Assembly: GCA_016870945.1 (NCBI GenBank)
Contig: VGAH01000001.1
Span: forward strand, 1-47,980
Direction: 5' to 3'
DNA from: Actinomycetota bacterium
GTDB taxonomy: Bacteria > Actinomycetota > Actinomycetes > S36-B12 > UBA5976
Length of the DNA: 47,980 nt
A program made the position numbers and the translations under genes. Shown one piece after another: positions 38,468-47,979 of this stretch; position 1 is the first letter of the stretch, and each line of letters opens with the position of its first letter. Under the pieces are notes generated by a model. The model saw only the letters and a program-made list of their open reading frames with translations, searched no databases and was not told the DNA's origin.

Positions 38468-39810
38468 AACGCACCCTTGTCGTTTGTGTTGCTCTTCTAA
38501 CAGCTCTAGGGGCTTGTTCTTCAACTCAAGATGAAGCCACCGAAGCAGTGGCAGAAGAAACTGAAGTCGTCGAGAATCGCGGTGAGCCCGTCCCTCGTGA
38601 GCTAGAGGTTTTGGGCCCTGTGCCCGAGAACATGTTCGGCATGCACGTGCCCCTTGTTTCATGTTCTCAAGTTCCGGCAGTCGCGAAGATTCCTGATTGC
38701 AAAAAGGGCTCTTGGCCTGACGTGCCTATTCAGTCGCTTCGCCTTTGGGACTCATACACGACTTGGCGTGACATCGAACTGCGCAATGACTCTTTTAATT
38801 GGGCAGCTCTCGATCTTGCGGTTGAGACAGCCGAGAAGAACGGCGCTTCGCTTCTGTTGGTTCTTGGCCCCACCCCATCGTGGTCAGCAACCACAATCAA
38901 AGACGGTGACTTGAAGGGCCCGGGTTCAGCGGCCCCACCTACTTATTTCGATGACTTTCGTTCTTACGTCAAAGAAGTAGCCGCGCGTTATCGCGGACGC
39001 ATTGGCGCGTATCAAATCTGGAATGAAGCGAACCTCAAGTCTTTCTGGCGAGGCACCCCTGAGCAGATGGCCGAGATGACCAAGGCTGCATATGACGCTA
39101 TAAAGGAAGAAGACCCCGATGCTTTGGTAGTTGCTGCGAGCACCACTACTCGTGCAGAGGGTGCGTTTCAGGCTTGGTTCCCAAGGTACTTAAAAGAACT
39201 TGAAAACCTCGGTTGGCCGGTCGATGTTTTCGCTGCCCACGCTTACCCGCCTTCGACAATGACGCCAGCTCAACGAGTCATTTACTTGCGTCAAGTCAAC
39301 GAACTACTTTCGAACGCTTATGCACCACCACTGCCTCTGTGGGACACCGAAGTCAATTACGGCTTAGCTGGCCCAGGCCCAGAACACCCCGATGTTGATT
39401 TGCCAGGCAACACCCAAGCCGCCTGGTTAGCACAAACGTATTTCGATTCATTTAGGACGGGGGTAACGCGCACTTATTGGTTCCAGTGGTCACCGATCAG
39501 CCCTAACTCGCTTTTAGGCGTCATCACCTGGCCAGGAACTAAAGCGTCTAAGACATTTGAAGTCATAGAAGGTTGGCTAACAAAGGCCGAGTGGAAGGGT
39601 TGCACCGAGACAAATGGCCTTATCGAGTGCGCGATTGCAAATGAAACCGGGGATGGCACCATCGTCTGGTCACAAACTGGGGAACAACCTTGGGTCGCTA
39701 AAGGATCTGTCAGCCAAATGTGTCAAATTGACGGTCGTTGCACCAAGTCAACTACAAAAGAATGGAAGGTCGGCGAAGCACCGATCTTGGTCTACCAAAC
39801 TTCAACTTAA
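38464..39810 (+). CDS. Lipoprotein, clan GH-A-like (TIM-barrel) glycoside hydrolase family protein with an acidic linker
   Basis: Lipobox LTALGAC. YQIWNEAN and WDTEVNYG motifs. C-terminal 4-Cys domain. The GTG start overlaps the NlpC/P60 stop (GTGA). It is a paralogue of 24278..25666. Confidence 0.6.
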   Translation: MKRTLVVCVALLTALGACSSTQDEATEAVAEETEVVENRGEPVPRELEVLGPVPENMFGMHVPLVSCSQVPAVAKIPDCKKGSWPDVPIQSLRLWDSYTTWRDIELRNDSFNWAALDLAVETAEKNGASLLLVLGPTPSWSATTIKDGDLKGPGSAAPPTYFDDFRSYVKEVAARYRGRIGAYQIWNEANLKSFWRGTPEQMAEMTKAAYDAIKEEDPDALVVAASTTTRAEGAFQAWFPRYLKELENLGWPVDVFAAHAYPPSTMTPAQRVIYLRQVNELLSNAYAPPLPLWDTEVNYGLAGPGPEHPDVDLPGNTQAAWLAQTYFDSFRTGVTRTYWFQWSPISPNSLLGVITWPGTKASKTFEVIEGWLTKAEWKGCTETNGLIECAIANETGDGTIVWSQTGEQPWVAKGSVSQMCQIDGRCTKSTTKEWKVGEAPILVYQTST

Positions 39811-41367
39811 GTCAGACAGCGCTGCTTTAGCGGCACTTCGGCCACTCGCACCAAAAACCCCGCCACCTGGGTGGGTTGATGCGCCCGTGAGATACAAACC
39901 CTTTATTGGCATTCGATAACGAGAGATCTCAGGTAGTGGGCGCCACCAAAAAGTTGAATCAAGTGTCATCTCGACGTGCATGACGTTGGCGTTGGGCAGC
40001 GCTAACTCTTGTTCGATCTTGTCAGGAGTTTGTGCGTAGACCTGCTCGATAGTTTGTGTGAAACCAGGTGCTGCTGCTTCGACTTGGGCGATCACACAAT
40101 CAGTAACTTGCTCTGTGATTTCTGGCCAGGTTTTCGACTTCAGCTGATACGGGTGCCACTGCGACCAGAGGGTTAGGTTGTGTTTTCCTTTTGGTGCAAT
40201 CGTCGGGTCAAGCGCGCTAAAACTCATTGCCAACACAGCCGGGTGTGTGGGTGACTGACCAGACAAGAAATCCCCGTACGCACTTTTAAGGTGCTCTCTT
40301 GAAGGGGCTAGTAGTTGCATACCGTTGTATGCACCAGGATTTTCTTGAGCCGACGGGTAGGGCGGCAGTGAATTGGTGGCGACACGAATGGCTAGGCCCA
40401 AACCGTTACCGACCCGAATCTTGTTTTGCATTTGACGCGATATGGGGTGTTCTTTAATCATCTTCGCTGTGTGCCAAACATGACAGCCGGCTATGACCAG
40501 ATCAGCTGAATGCGTGCCATCTTTTTCAGTTCTAACCCCAGTGACTTTTTCGCTCGAATACAAGATTTCTTTTACTGCAACGCCGTTATGAAGCACACCA
40601 CCAAGGCTGGTCAAACAATTAGCTAGAGCTTTAGTAAGTGAGCCAGAGCCCCCTACGGCACGCCATGGTGGTGTGCCGTGCAAAAGTGCGAACCACGCCA
40701 TCAAGTCAGCGGTGGCGACTTCATGGGTGGGTGGCCCAGATTGCGCACCCAGCCACGCAAGGGCGGTCTTTAAGTTCTCGTTGTCGAAGTTTTCGTCCAA
40801 CAGCGAATCAGCGGGCAAAAGAAAATCGCGCGAGCGAACCAACCCGTCGTTTCGGCCAAAGTGTCTTAGTCGCTTGAATACGCCTTTGTTCTTCGACTTA
40901 AGCAACACCCGTGCCATGGCGGCAGGGGTTGGCTCGACTTGAAAAATCTCGAAGATTCGCTCATTTCTTTTTCGCCAGTCAGACACGAAGACGCGATAGC
41001 TATGGGCGTCTTTGGCGCCAGCCACTTTTTCGATTGAGGCACAGGTCTTGTCGAGATCTGAATGAAACGTAATTGCCTCTTGGGTTGGCCCCTGCCAGAA
41101 AGGCGCAAAGGCCCAAGGGTCTACCTCGAGATATTGCAAACCGAATTTCGACAATTGAAGCTCTTCTACGATTCCAGTAAATCGCAGCATCACATGCAAA
41201 CTAGAGCCGCGATCTACTGCGAAACCTGGCCATCTCTCAATGGTCGAGACAGCCCCGCCAATGACTTGATCGCGTTCGAATACCTCTACCTCTAAGCCCG
41301 CTTTGGCTAGGTAGCAAGCACTGATTAGTGCGTTATGTCCGCTACCAATGACGACTGCTTTGGTCAC
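39802..41367 (-). CDS. Phytoene-desaturase-family NAD(P)/FAD-dependent oxidoreductase (CrtI-like, function unknown)
   Basis: AVVIGSGHNALISACYLAKAGLEVEVFERDQVIGGA dinucleotide motif. C-terminal GLYLTGASTHPGGGV. Confidence 0.8.
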   Translation of the reverse strand: MTKAVVIGSGHNALISACYLAKAGLEVEVFERDQVIGGAVSTIERWPGFAVDRGSSLHVMLRFTGIVEELQLSKFGLQYLEVDPWAFAPFWQGPTQEAITFHSDLDKTCASIEKVAGAKDAHSYRVFVSDWRKRNERIFEIFQVEPTPAAMARVLLKSKNKGVFKRLRHFGRNDGLVRSRDFLLPADSLLDENFDNENLKTALAWLGAQSGPPTHEVATADLMAWFALLHGTPPWRAVGGSGSLTKALANCLTSLGGVLHNGVAVKEILYSSEKVTGVRTEKDGTHSADLVIAGCHVWHTAKMIKEHPISRQMQNKIRVGNGLGLAIRVATNSLPPYPSAQENPGAYNGMQLLAPSREHLKSAYGDFLSGQSPTHPAVLAMSFSALDPTIAPKGKHNLTLWSQWHPYQLKSKTWPEITEQVTDCVIAQVEAAAPGFTQTIEQVYAQTPDKIEQELALPNANVMHVEMTLDSTFWWRPLPEISRYRMPIKGLYLTGASTHPGGGVFGASGRSAAKAALSDLS

Positions 41368-41412
41368 GTGCTTGACCCTACGTGTCGATTGATTTTGTGG
41401 TTGAGTGGTGCC

Positions 41413-42297
41413 ATGAAAATTATTCGCACCACACCCATTGCGCTGACTTGCATCTTCATGCTTTCACTAGGCGCACCGCCGGCTAGTGCCCTTGATGCCT
41501 CTGCGATTCCCGTCAGTTGGGAATCACCATGCCAGCAGGTGCGCTTTGTTGCCGTGCGCGGTTCGGGTGAAACGAATCAAACAGCTAGGGGTTTAGGTGC
41601 GATACCAAATGCGATCATTACTGAAGCCGTTGCCAACTTGCCTGGGTCGTTAGGCCCTGACTCGGTTGGCTTAAGCGCAGTTGACTACCCGGCTGTCGTG
41701 CAAAGTGCGGCAGATTACAACGCCAGCGTTAACGCGGGCCTAGCTGAGCTCACGAAGCAGTTGCGATCTCGAAACAAGCAGTGCCCGAATGAGCAGGTCT
41801 TTCTAGTCGGCCACTCGCAAGGGGCCCATGTGATTCATCGCCTTCTTTTGCAGGACGAATTCGCAAATGCGAAATGGATTCGTCAAGCAACATTGGTGGC
41901 TGACCCGGCTCGACCCGTGGATTCCAAGAAGGGCGTTGGTGGCACCTTCAATACTTTGGCCCTAACTGCAGGTCAGACTGCTGAGAAGAACATCCCGAAA
42001 TCTGCTCGCAAGAAAGTAAAGAACATCTGTTCGACTTACGACATCATCTGTTCTACCCCACTGAATGCGACGCTGGCTTTTGCGCTCGCCGGGATCACGA
42101 CTGCGTGCGATACACATACGAACGGCTATGCAGGGCGTCCGCGAGCGGGTTGTTGGTCTCGTCCGCCTTTGGCCACACCTGCGGTACGCGACATACTTGC
42201 AAGCGCGGGTCTTTCTGAGCAGTCATTCAATCAGGAATTTTCGGTGAACCGTGTTGCGAATGAAGGTAAACGTTTAGCTCAATTGGTGAAGGGGTAA
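41413..42297 (+). CDS. Secreted cutinase-family serine esterase
   Basis: Signal peptide ending ASA. VAVRGSGE and GHSQGA nucleophile motifs, with conserved Cys pairs. The ATG at 41413 gives a proper signal peptide. Confidence 0.8.
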   Translation: MKIIRTTPIALTCIFMLSLGAPPASALDASAIPVSWESPCQQVRFVAVRGSGETNQTARGLGAIPNAIITEAVANLPGSLGPDSVGLSAVDYPAVVQSAADYNASVNAGLAELTKQLRSRNKQCPNEQVFLVGHSQGAHVIHRLLLQDEFANAKWIRQATLVADPARPVDSKKGVGGTFNTLALTAGQTAEKNIPKSARKKVKNICSTYDIICSTPLNATLAFALAGITTACDTHTNGYAGRPRAGCWSRPPLATPAVRDILASAGLSEQSFNQEFSVNRVANEGKRLAQLVKG

Positions 42298-42316
42298 GCA
42301 CGGCTAGAGTTGTATT

Positions 42317-42404
42317 AAGCCCCTGCGCGACGTCAACTTGCTTAACCCCCCAGGGCCGGAAGGCAGCAAGGGTCGGCGAGCTCTGACGGGTGTGCAGGGG
42401 TCTT
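42317..42404 (+). ncRNA. ffs: Signal recognition particle RNA (small bacterial 4.5S type)
   Basis: Helix-8 core CCCAGGGCCGGAAGGCAGCAAGGGT, compared with E. coli AGGUCCGGAAGGAAGCAGCCAAGG. The closing stem pairs AAGCCCCTGCGCGACGTCA with TGACGGGTGTGCAGGGGTCTT. Ends may be off by a few nt. Confidence 0.75.
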
Positions 42405-43864
42405 TAGTTGAAAGACACTTTCATTGGCACTGGGCCTTTAGGTCTATAAGTTGCACGGGGTTGCGCCTTAGGCACTGGTTGGTTTGCATCCGCTGGCCCT
42501 AAACGCATGCGTGATGCCACTTCTAACAAAATGATTCGAGATTCGAGCAAAGCAAATTGATCGCCCAAACACTTGCGAGTGCCACCACCAAACGGAAAGT
42601 AAGCCCCTCTAGGTAGACGCTTGGCTAAGTCGCCGTACCAGCGTTCTGGCCGCCACTCATTCGGCTCGGGAAACCACTGCTGGTCTCGTTGAGTTACGTA
42701 TTGACTAACGATTACGTGAGCACCCGCGGGTACTTGCACACCGTCTACTTCGACGTCTTCGATGGCTCGACGCGGTGCGACCCAAACAGGCGGTGCCATG
42801 CGAAGCGATTCAGCAACTATTGCCGATGCGACTGGCAACTTTGGGGCGCCATTTTCATCGTTGCCAAGGACGTCTTCGATGGACGGGGTCTTGTCGCTTT
42901 GTGGCCAAATCGCGCTGTCAGCCTCAGCGCGCAACGCACTTTGTATGTCCGAGCGCGTCGCCAACCATGAAAAGGCCCAAGTGAGCATGTTTGCAGTCGT
43001 TTCATGACCGCTCAAAATCAAAGTCAGAGCCTCGTCTCGCACTTCTTCGTCGGTGAAAACGACGCCATCGTCGTCGTGAAGGCTTAACAAGAGACCCAAC
43101 AGATCATCAGAGTCATTGGGGTCATTGCGTCGGGTTTTGATTAACTCTTCGGCAATTAGTGCCAGTTCGTCAGCTGCTTCGCCAAATTTGCGCCAGTAAG
43201 GCACCGGCAGGTCATCAAAGAGTTGTAGCCCCGGCAGCATCGTGCGCTCAATTCGGTCTATTGCCACCTCCATTGATTCGGCGATGGGCCGTTCATATCT
43301 GCGCGCACTTGTGCCAAATAGCGTCTGAGCAACGATTGCCAACGTCAGTCGCATCATTTCTGGGCCTAAGAGAATCTCTGAACCGTCTCGCCAAGTCGCA
43401 ATCTGTTCTCGCGTGAGATTAGTCATTAGTGATGAGTAAGAATCAAGTCGATCTTTCTTAAACGGCGGTTGCATCATGCGCCGATGCCTTAAGTGAATCG
43501 GCTCTTCATTCGTGAGCAACCCCTCGCCCAAGACTTTGCGCATGCGTGCGAAACCAACACCTTTTACAAATGAGCTTTGTTTTGAAGTGGTTACTTGGTA
43601 AACCATCTCGGGCGAAAACAAAGCGATGAAGAGTTGACCGTTCAAGAAGAAAGAGCTGGCATCACCGTATGTCTGGCGAAGATCGATCAAGAATGCAGGT
43701 GTGTCCTTTTGAAACCGATAGAGCAGCTGACCAGGTAGCCGGCTCGTTGGCCCGGGTGGTAAGTCAACAAAATGTTTTCGAGATCGAATCGCCGGTGGAA
43801 TCGGTGCGTAAGAATCAGGTCGCGGGGTACTAAACGGCCGAGCGAGCGTTAGCTGCCTAACCAC
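42404..43864 (-). CDS. Cytochrome P450
   Basis: Heme loop FPFGGGTRKCLGDQFA, EXXR (ESLR), I-helix LILSGHETT, and a PPGP-type N-terminus. The start is uncertain: GTG 43864 avoids overlap with nif3, while the track gives 43927. Confidence 0.9.
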   Translation of the reverse strand: MVRQLTLARPFSTPRPDSYAPIPPAIRSRKHFVDLPPGPTSRLPGQLLYRFQKDTPAFLIDLRQTYGDASSFFLNGQLFIALFSPEMVYQVTTSKQSSFVKGVGFARMRKVLGEGLLTNEEPIHLRHRRMMQPPFKKDRLDSYSSLMTNLTREQIATWRDGSEILLGPEMMRLTLAIVAQTLFGTSARRYERPIAESMEVAIDRIERTMLPGLQLFDDLPVPYWRKFGEAADELALIAEELIKTRRNDPNDSDDLLGLLLSLHDDDGVVFTDEEVRDEALTLILSGHETTANMLTWAFSWLATRSDIQSALRAEADSAIWPQSDKTPSIEDVLGNDENGAPKLPVASAIVAESLRMAPPVWVAPRRAIEDVEVDGVQVPAGAHVIVSQYVTQRDQQWFPEPNEWRPERWYGDLAKRLPRGAYFPFGGGTRKCLGDQFALLESRIILLEVASRMRLGPADANQPVPKAQPRATYRPKGPVPMKVSFN

Positions 43865-43898
43865 GATTAGAAAGCCACCGGCTTTGAGTGCACAAGCC

Positions 43899-45050
43899 TC
43901 AAGGTAAACGCAGTGACCATGGGTCACCCATGATGGTTGAGACGATCACCTCAATTCCTTTGTTTTCGGCTGTGAATTGGGCGTTAAGTCGATTCGCCAG
44001 GTCATCACACCACGGCGATTCACTCGCCCAGTGAGATAGGTCAATCAAATTCGGGCCGCTAGCCATCAGGTTGTCCAAAGTCACGTGGTGTTTTGCGTCA
44101 GCTGTCACGTAACAATCGATTTCTCTTTGTGCGACTTGTGGCAAAAAGTTTGCTGCTGCACCCGTTATCACCCCGACCGTCGAGATCTTCGCGGACAAGT
44201 CACCCGAGACCCTTACCCCGTGGTGCGTTTTGGGAACTACGGCCGCGACACGTTCGGCGAAAACTTTCAAAGTAAGTGGTCGTGCAAGGTGACCCTTTCG
44301 ACCTAAACCGATTTGATCTGTGTCAACCAGCTCGATTACGTCATAAGCGGGCTCTTCGTAAGGGTGCGTGCGTCTTAAAGCTTCAACCACGCCCGAAAGG
44401 TGCTGACGCCTAAACACCATTTCGATTCGATCTTCCTGGGTCTGTGTGATCTCACCTACCTGACCTAAATATGGGTCGGCACCTAATTGCGGCCTGAACG
44501 TGCCGACCCCTGAGACTTGGTAGGCGCATCGGTCGTAATTGCCGATTTGACCGGCACCGGCTTCAGACATCGCATCAATCAGCTTTTCAGTGGCTTCAGC
44601 TGGCGAGAACACGACGATCTTAAGAAGGTTGCCCTCTGTCGCGCGGTCTTTATCGGACAACGCTGCTAGCGGTAACAATGGTTCAAGATCGAGTAACTCG
44701 AATTTTCGAGCTAGCACGTCGTTAACGCCATCTTTAGCTACATCAGCATTGGTATGTGCGGCAAAAAGTGCTATGCGGTTGGCATTTAGATTGGCAATCA
44801 CCCGTCCAATGCTTGTCTCGGTAGTGAACCGATTCACCCCGCTCATAACTAATGGGTGGTGTGTTACTAGAAGATCCACTTTGGCTTTAATGGCTTCATT
44901 GACGACGAGTTCGGACGGGTCGAGTGCAATCATGATTCGATTGACCTCTTGGTTTGGGTCACCAACTTGTAGGCCCACGTTGTCCCACACAGCTGCCAGC
45001 TCTGGTGGGTAGAAGCGATCAAGAATCTGGGCGACTTCTTTGACCTTCAT
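43899..45050 (-). CDS. Nif3-like dinuclear metal centre protein (GTP cyclohydrolase 1 type 2 family)
   Basis: MKVKEVAQILDRFYPPELAAVWDNVGLQVGD...LLVTHHPL...AAHTNADV..., with an inserted PII-like domain. Confidence 0.88.
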   Translation of the reverse strand: MKVKEVAQILDRFYPPELAAVWDNVGLQVGDPNQEVNRIMIALDPSELVVNEAIKAKVDLLVTHHPLVMSGVNRFTTETSIGRVIANLNANRIALFAAHTNADVAKDGVNDVLARKFELLDLEPLLPLAALSDKDRATEGNLLKIVVFSPAEATEKLIDAMSEAGAGQIGNYDRCAYQVSGVGTFRPQLGADPYLGQVGEITQTQEDRIEMVFRRQHLSGVVEALRRTHPYEEPAYDVIELVDTDQIGLGRKGHLARPLTLKVFAERVAAVVPKTHHGVRVSGDLSAKISTVGVITGAAANFLPQVAQREIDCYVTADAKHHVTLDNLMASGPNLIDLSHWASESPWCDDLANRLNAQFTAENKGIEVIVSTIMGDPWSLRLP

Positions 45051-46144
45051 GAGGTTTGTGACCCTAGTTGCCGAGCAACTGGCGCTGCCCCCGAGTGCGG
45101 TGGGTTTGCCAAAACTCTGGTCGCCCTATTGGTCAAGACGAACCAAATCTGACCGGGTGCCAGAGCGACGTCTTGCCCATCTTTGGTTATTCGAATGCCT
45201 TCTTGCGCTGACTGCCTAGACCAGCGTGCCCACATGGCTTTGCCGTCTCGTAAAACAAGTGCAGCACCCTCACCAATTGTTTCTTGTTTCGGCGTGACGC
45301 CACCCCATTTGTCAGTAAAGCCTGACGAAGATTGCTGCACGATCGGTATCACTACCGAAGAGGCCACAACTGGTTTCTTCGTATAAGTGTCGACGTCAGG
45401 TTCGCCGTCGAGTAGAACGACCCAACCATTTTCAATTGAATCCCACTCGAATCCGATTCGGGTTGCTGGGTACTTGACTTCTACGTCGGTAACTGACCAG
45501 CCGCCCACCATGGGGGTCTCACCGAATTTCAGACCAATGTCTTTTGCGCTTGAAACCTCACCAATTGCTGCCGCTCGTTCTAAAAGTCCTGCGGGGCGTG
45601 CCATGAAGTCATATGGCCCGACTCGGTTCGGGTCTCGCACCCACCCGGCTGGCCCGGTTAGGCCTGAGACATCTATGAAACCCGCAGACTTCAATTCTGG
45701 TATCAGGCGGCTTTGTGCACCCGAGTATCCAAAAGCTGGACGACCAAACTGCGCAATTAAGTCAAGGTCGCTGATGCGAGCACTACGAACCGGCCCGACT
45801 TCTCGAGGGAAGTTACTCGAATACACAGCGACGAAGCGGTTGTAGCCACCCTCGATCTCTTCTACGTACACGAGGTCGGCTGCTTGTAAGCCGGTGTGAG
45901 GCCTGGCATCTGGGGAGTTATCGATTTTTAGAATCAAAACGGGTGAGTTGGGGTCGGCGTCTCTGCCCGCAAACGGGTGAAACTGTGATTCGCCCGTGAC
46001 CTCGTCTAAGTTTTCTGTGTTTTCGATATTCGTGTCTGTCGCAATGTCTGCAAGATTCGTTGAATCCGTGAGCATTAGCACCGCGTAAGAGGCCATCGCT
46101 ACTAACACAACCGTGAGCGAGAGAAAGACCCAAAGTCGTCTCAT
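45047..46144 (-). CDS. DUF3048-family secreted/membrane-anchored protein
   Basis: N-terminal TM anchor. VLILKIDNSPDARPHTGLQAADLVYVEEIEGGYNRFVAVYSS is the DUF3048 core. Its stop overlaps the nif3 start (ATGA). Confidence 0.8.
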   Translation of the reverse strand: MRRLWVFLSLTVVLVAMASYAVLMLTDSTNLADIATDTNIENTENLDEVTGESQFHPFAGRDADPNSPVLILKIDNSPDARPHTGLQAADLVYVEEIEGGYNRFVAVYSSNFPREVGPVRSARISDLDLIAQFGRPAFGYSGAQSRLIPELKSAGFIDVSGLTGPAGWVRDPNRVGPYDFMARPAGLLERAAAIGEVSSAKDIGLKFGETPMVGGWSVTDVEVKYPATRIGFEWDSIENGWVVLLDGEPDVDTYTKKPVVASSVVIPIVQQSSSGFTDKWGGVTPKQETIGEGAALVLRDGKAMWARWSRQSAQEGIRITKDGQDVALAPGQIWFVLTNRATRVLANPPHSGAAPVARQLGSQTS

Positions 46145-46156
46145 GTGCTCATGCTC

Positions 46157-47839
46157 TCAACTAAGGCCGTTTGCACCCGCACTGACTGTCGAGGTATAGC
46201 CAGGGCCGCTTACGGTCACAACTACTCCGTCACCGGTAGGTGCAATTTGGCAGGTATAGGTGTTTAACCCAGGGGTTATGACAGAAAACACCCGCTTACC
46301 TTGCACACTCATTTTTTGCGATTGAGCGGTGGTGCGCCAGTTTGAGGCGATGGTCTTACTTTCTGCTGTTGGCATCAGCGGTGCACAAGTTTCGGCATCT
46401 ACGGTGACGATGGTTGCCGCGCGAGTACCACCAATTTGGGTGAGCCCCGGTAAATAGCCGGCAACTTTGAGAGACGGGTCAACCGACCACGGAACTAGAA
46501 CCTCTGAACCGTTGGCGTAGTCCAGAGTTGCCAAAGTTTTGGACGGGTTATCCGCCAATAGATGACGAGTGCGAGTCACACCGTAGGACTTATCTGCCAC
46601 GGTGAACGTTGCTCGAACCGGGTCAGGGTTGGCCCTTAATAGATCTGTTTTGCTACCTGATTTGAATTTCTTGCCCACGACTTGTGGTGCGTTGTGCGCA
46701 CCCGGGCTCATCAAGTAGGCCTTCAACGAGTTTTTGTCGTGGCCGCTGTGGCCCCCGTCCACCAATACTCGCCCGCCGTTGACGAAGTAGGTCACTGACA
46801 TGCGATCTTCGTGGCCATGCCGCATTCGCTTAGGCCCAAAGCGAAGAGTCCAATACATCGCACTCGGGTCGTTCCAGTTAGAGCGACCCATGGCGTAGCC
46901 CATGCTGTAGTAGGCCACCAACGGTTGACCACCGAGTGAAAGATCACCTTGGCGGTTGCCGTAGGTGTTACCGATCGGCACCAACATGCCGTCGGGTTGG
47001 GTCGTTTGTTGAATGAAGGTGCCAAGTTTGCTGATGCGCTCGATTACCGATTGCGCAGCGTCGTTGATCACATAAACCTCATCACACGCGGCAAGATCGC
47101 CAATCGCGTCAGTCCATTTGCGTTTGTTGTATTCGGCATAGCCAGTTGACTGTTCGTTATTTGCACCTTGTTCGTCCACGACAAATTCGATTTCTTTCAG
47201 CATGCGGATCCACGCTGCATCGATTAAGTCCGCACGGTTGGTAGCACAGCCCAGCCGAGCCAGAGAGAGATTTTGCATCAAGCCGTGGTTGTGATTGATT
47301 GCGTAGTTTTTCTCAGTTAATTGCCATGCCGCGAGGCGCTCGGCCTCAGCGCTTATGTCTTCAGGTAACCCAATTACAGAAGCTAAGCAACTGATGGTGT
47401 CGAGTCTTAAAGAAACTGGATGAGCCTTCATGGACTCTTTCAGCACCACTGGGTCACTTGCCGAAGCTTGAATGTGACTTCTGATGGTGGCTATTGCAAG
47501 GTCGAGTGAAGCCTGGTCGCTAGTGCGACGGTACTGGTCGACTAAACCTCTTACCCATGCCAGGCCATGCAACTGAACCCGCCAACTATTGCTGTCGTAC
47601 GGGTCAGTGCGCCAATTCGTGCCCGCACCAAGACCGATCGGTATCTGAGTTTTCGAAACTGGGTTAATCACTATGCCTTGATGCCAAAGTTGTGGATTGC
47701 CCATACCTGTCGAACCGGCGCAAGTCTTCGAGCGCTCTTTCACTGCTACCACTAGGTCAGCTGAGACAGCTGGCGCTAAAGACGAAAAAATGGTTGCCAC
47801 CGCCACGCCAGCCCCCATTAAGGTGGCCGCGACTTTCAT
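46157..47839 (-). CDS. Secreted heparinase II/III-like (polysaccharide lyase-fold) protein
   Basis: Signal peptide ending VSA. Alpha/alpha-toroid-like N-terminal half (NSWRVQLHGLAWVRGL, NHNHGLMQN). HGHEDRMSVTYFVNGGRVLVDGGHSG matches the Hepar_II_III H.H.D...D.G pattern. Confidence 0.65.
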   Translation of the reverse strand: MKVAATLMGAGVAVATIFSSLAPAVSADLVVAVKERSKTCAGSTGMGNPQLWHQGIVINPVSKTQIPIGLGAGTNWRTDPYDSNSWRVQLHGLAWVRGLVDQYRRTSDQASLDLAIATIRSHIQASASDPVVLKESMKAHPVSLRLDTISCLASVIGLPEDISAEAERLAAWQLTEKNYAINHNHGLMQNLSLARLGCATNRADLIDAAWIRMLKEIEFVVDEQGANNEQSTGYAEYNKRKWTDAIGDLAACDEVYVINDAAQSVIERISKLGTFIQQTTQPDGMLVPIGNTYGNRQGDLSLGGQPLVAYYSMGYAMGRSNWNDPSAMYWTLRFGPKRMRHGHEDRMSVTYFVNGGRVLVDGGHSGHDKNSLKAYLMSPGAHNAPQVVGKKFKSGSKTDLLRANPDPVRATFTVADKSYGVTRTRHLLADNPSKTLATLDYANGSEVLVPWSVDPSLKVAGYLPGLTQIGGTRAATIVTVDAETCAPLMPTAESKTIASNWRTTAQSQKMSVQGKRVFSVITPGLNTYTCQIAPTGDGVVVTVSGPGYTSTVSAGANGLS

Positions 47840-47979
47840 TTATTTATTACTTGTACATCGCAGCCGGGTGTCAACGTGCCGTCGAACGCGTTAGTCACGA
47901 ATTTTTGCCAAACTGAACCGTCAAACACAAGATCATTCTGCGTCCATTTTGGCCCTCGTGCAGCCATTTGTCCGGGCAG
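47836..47979 (-). CDS. 3' end of an unidentified gene (5' part outside the window), start/stop-coupled to the heparinase-like gene
   Basis: Hand translation of the minus strand gives ...LPGQMAARGPKWTQNDLVFDGSVWQKFVTNAFDGTLTPGCDVQVINK, then TGA. The TGA overlaps the downstream ATG (ATGA at 47836-47839). Confidence 0.4.
   Translation of the reverse strand: MPGQMAARGPKWTQNDLVFDGSVWQKFVTNAFDGTLTPGCDVQVINK

Noticed and set aside
44590-45845. 140-aa and 152-aa plus-strand ORFs antisense to nif3 and DUF3048
   Set aside because: They have no motifs and Ser/Arg/Thr-rich composition, and the opposing genes have strong family signatures.
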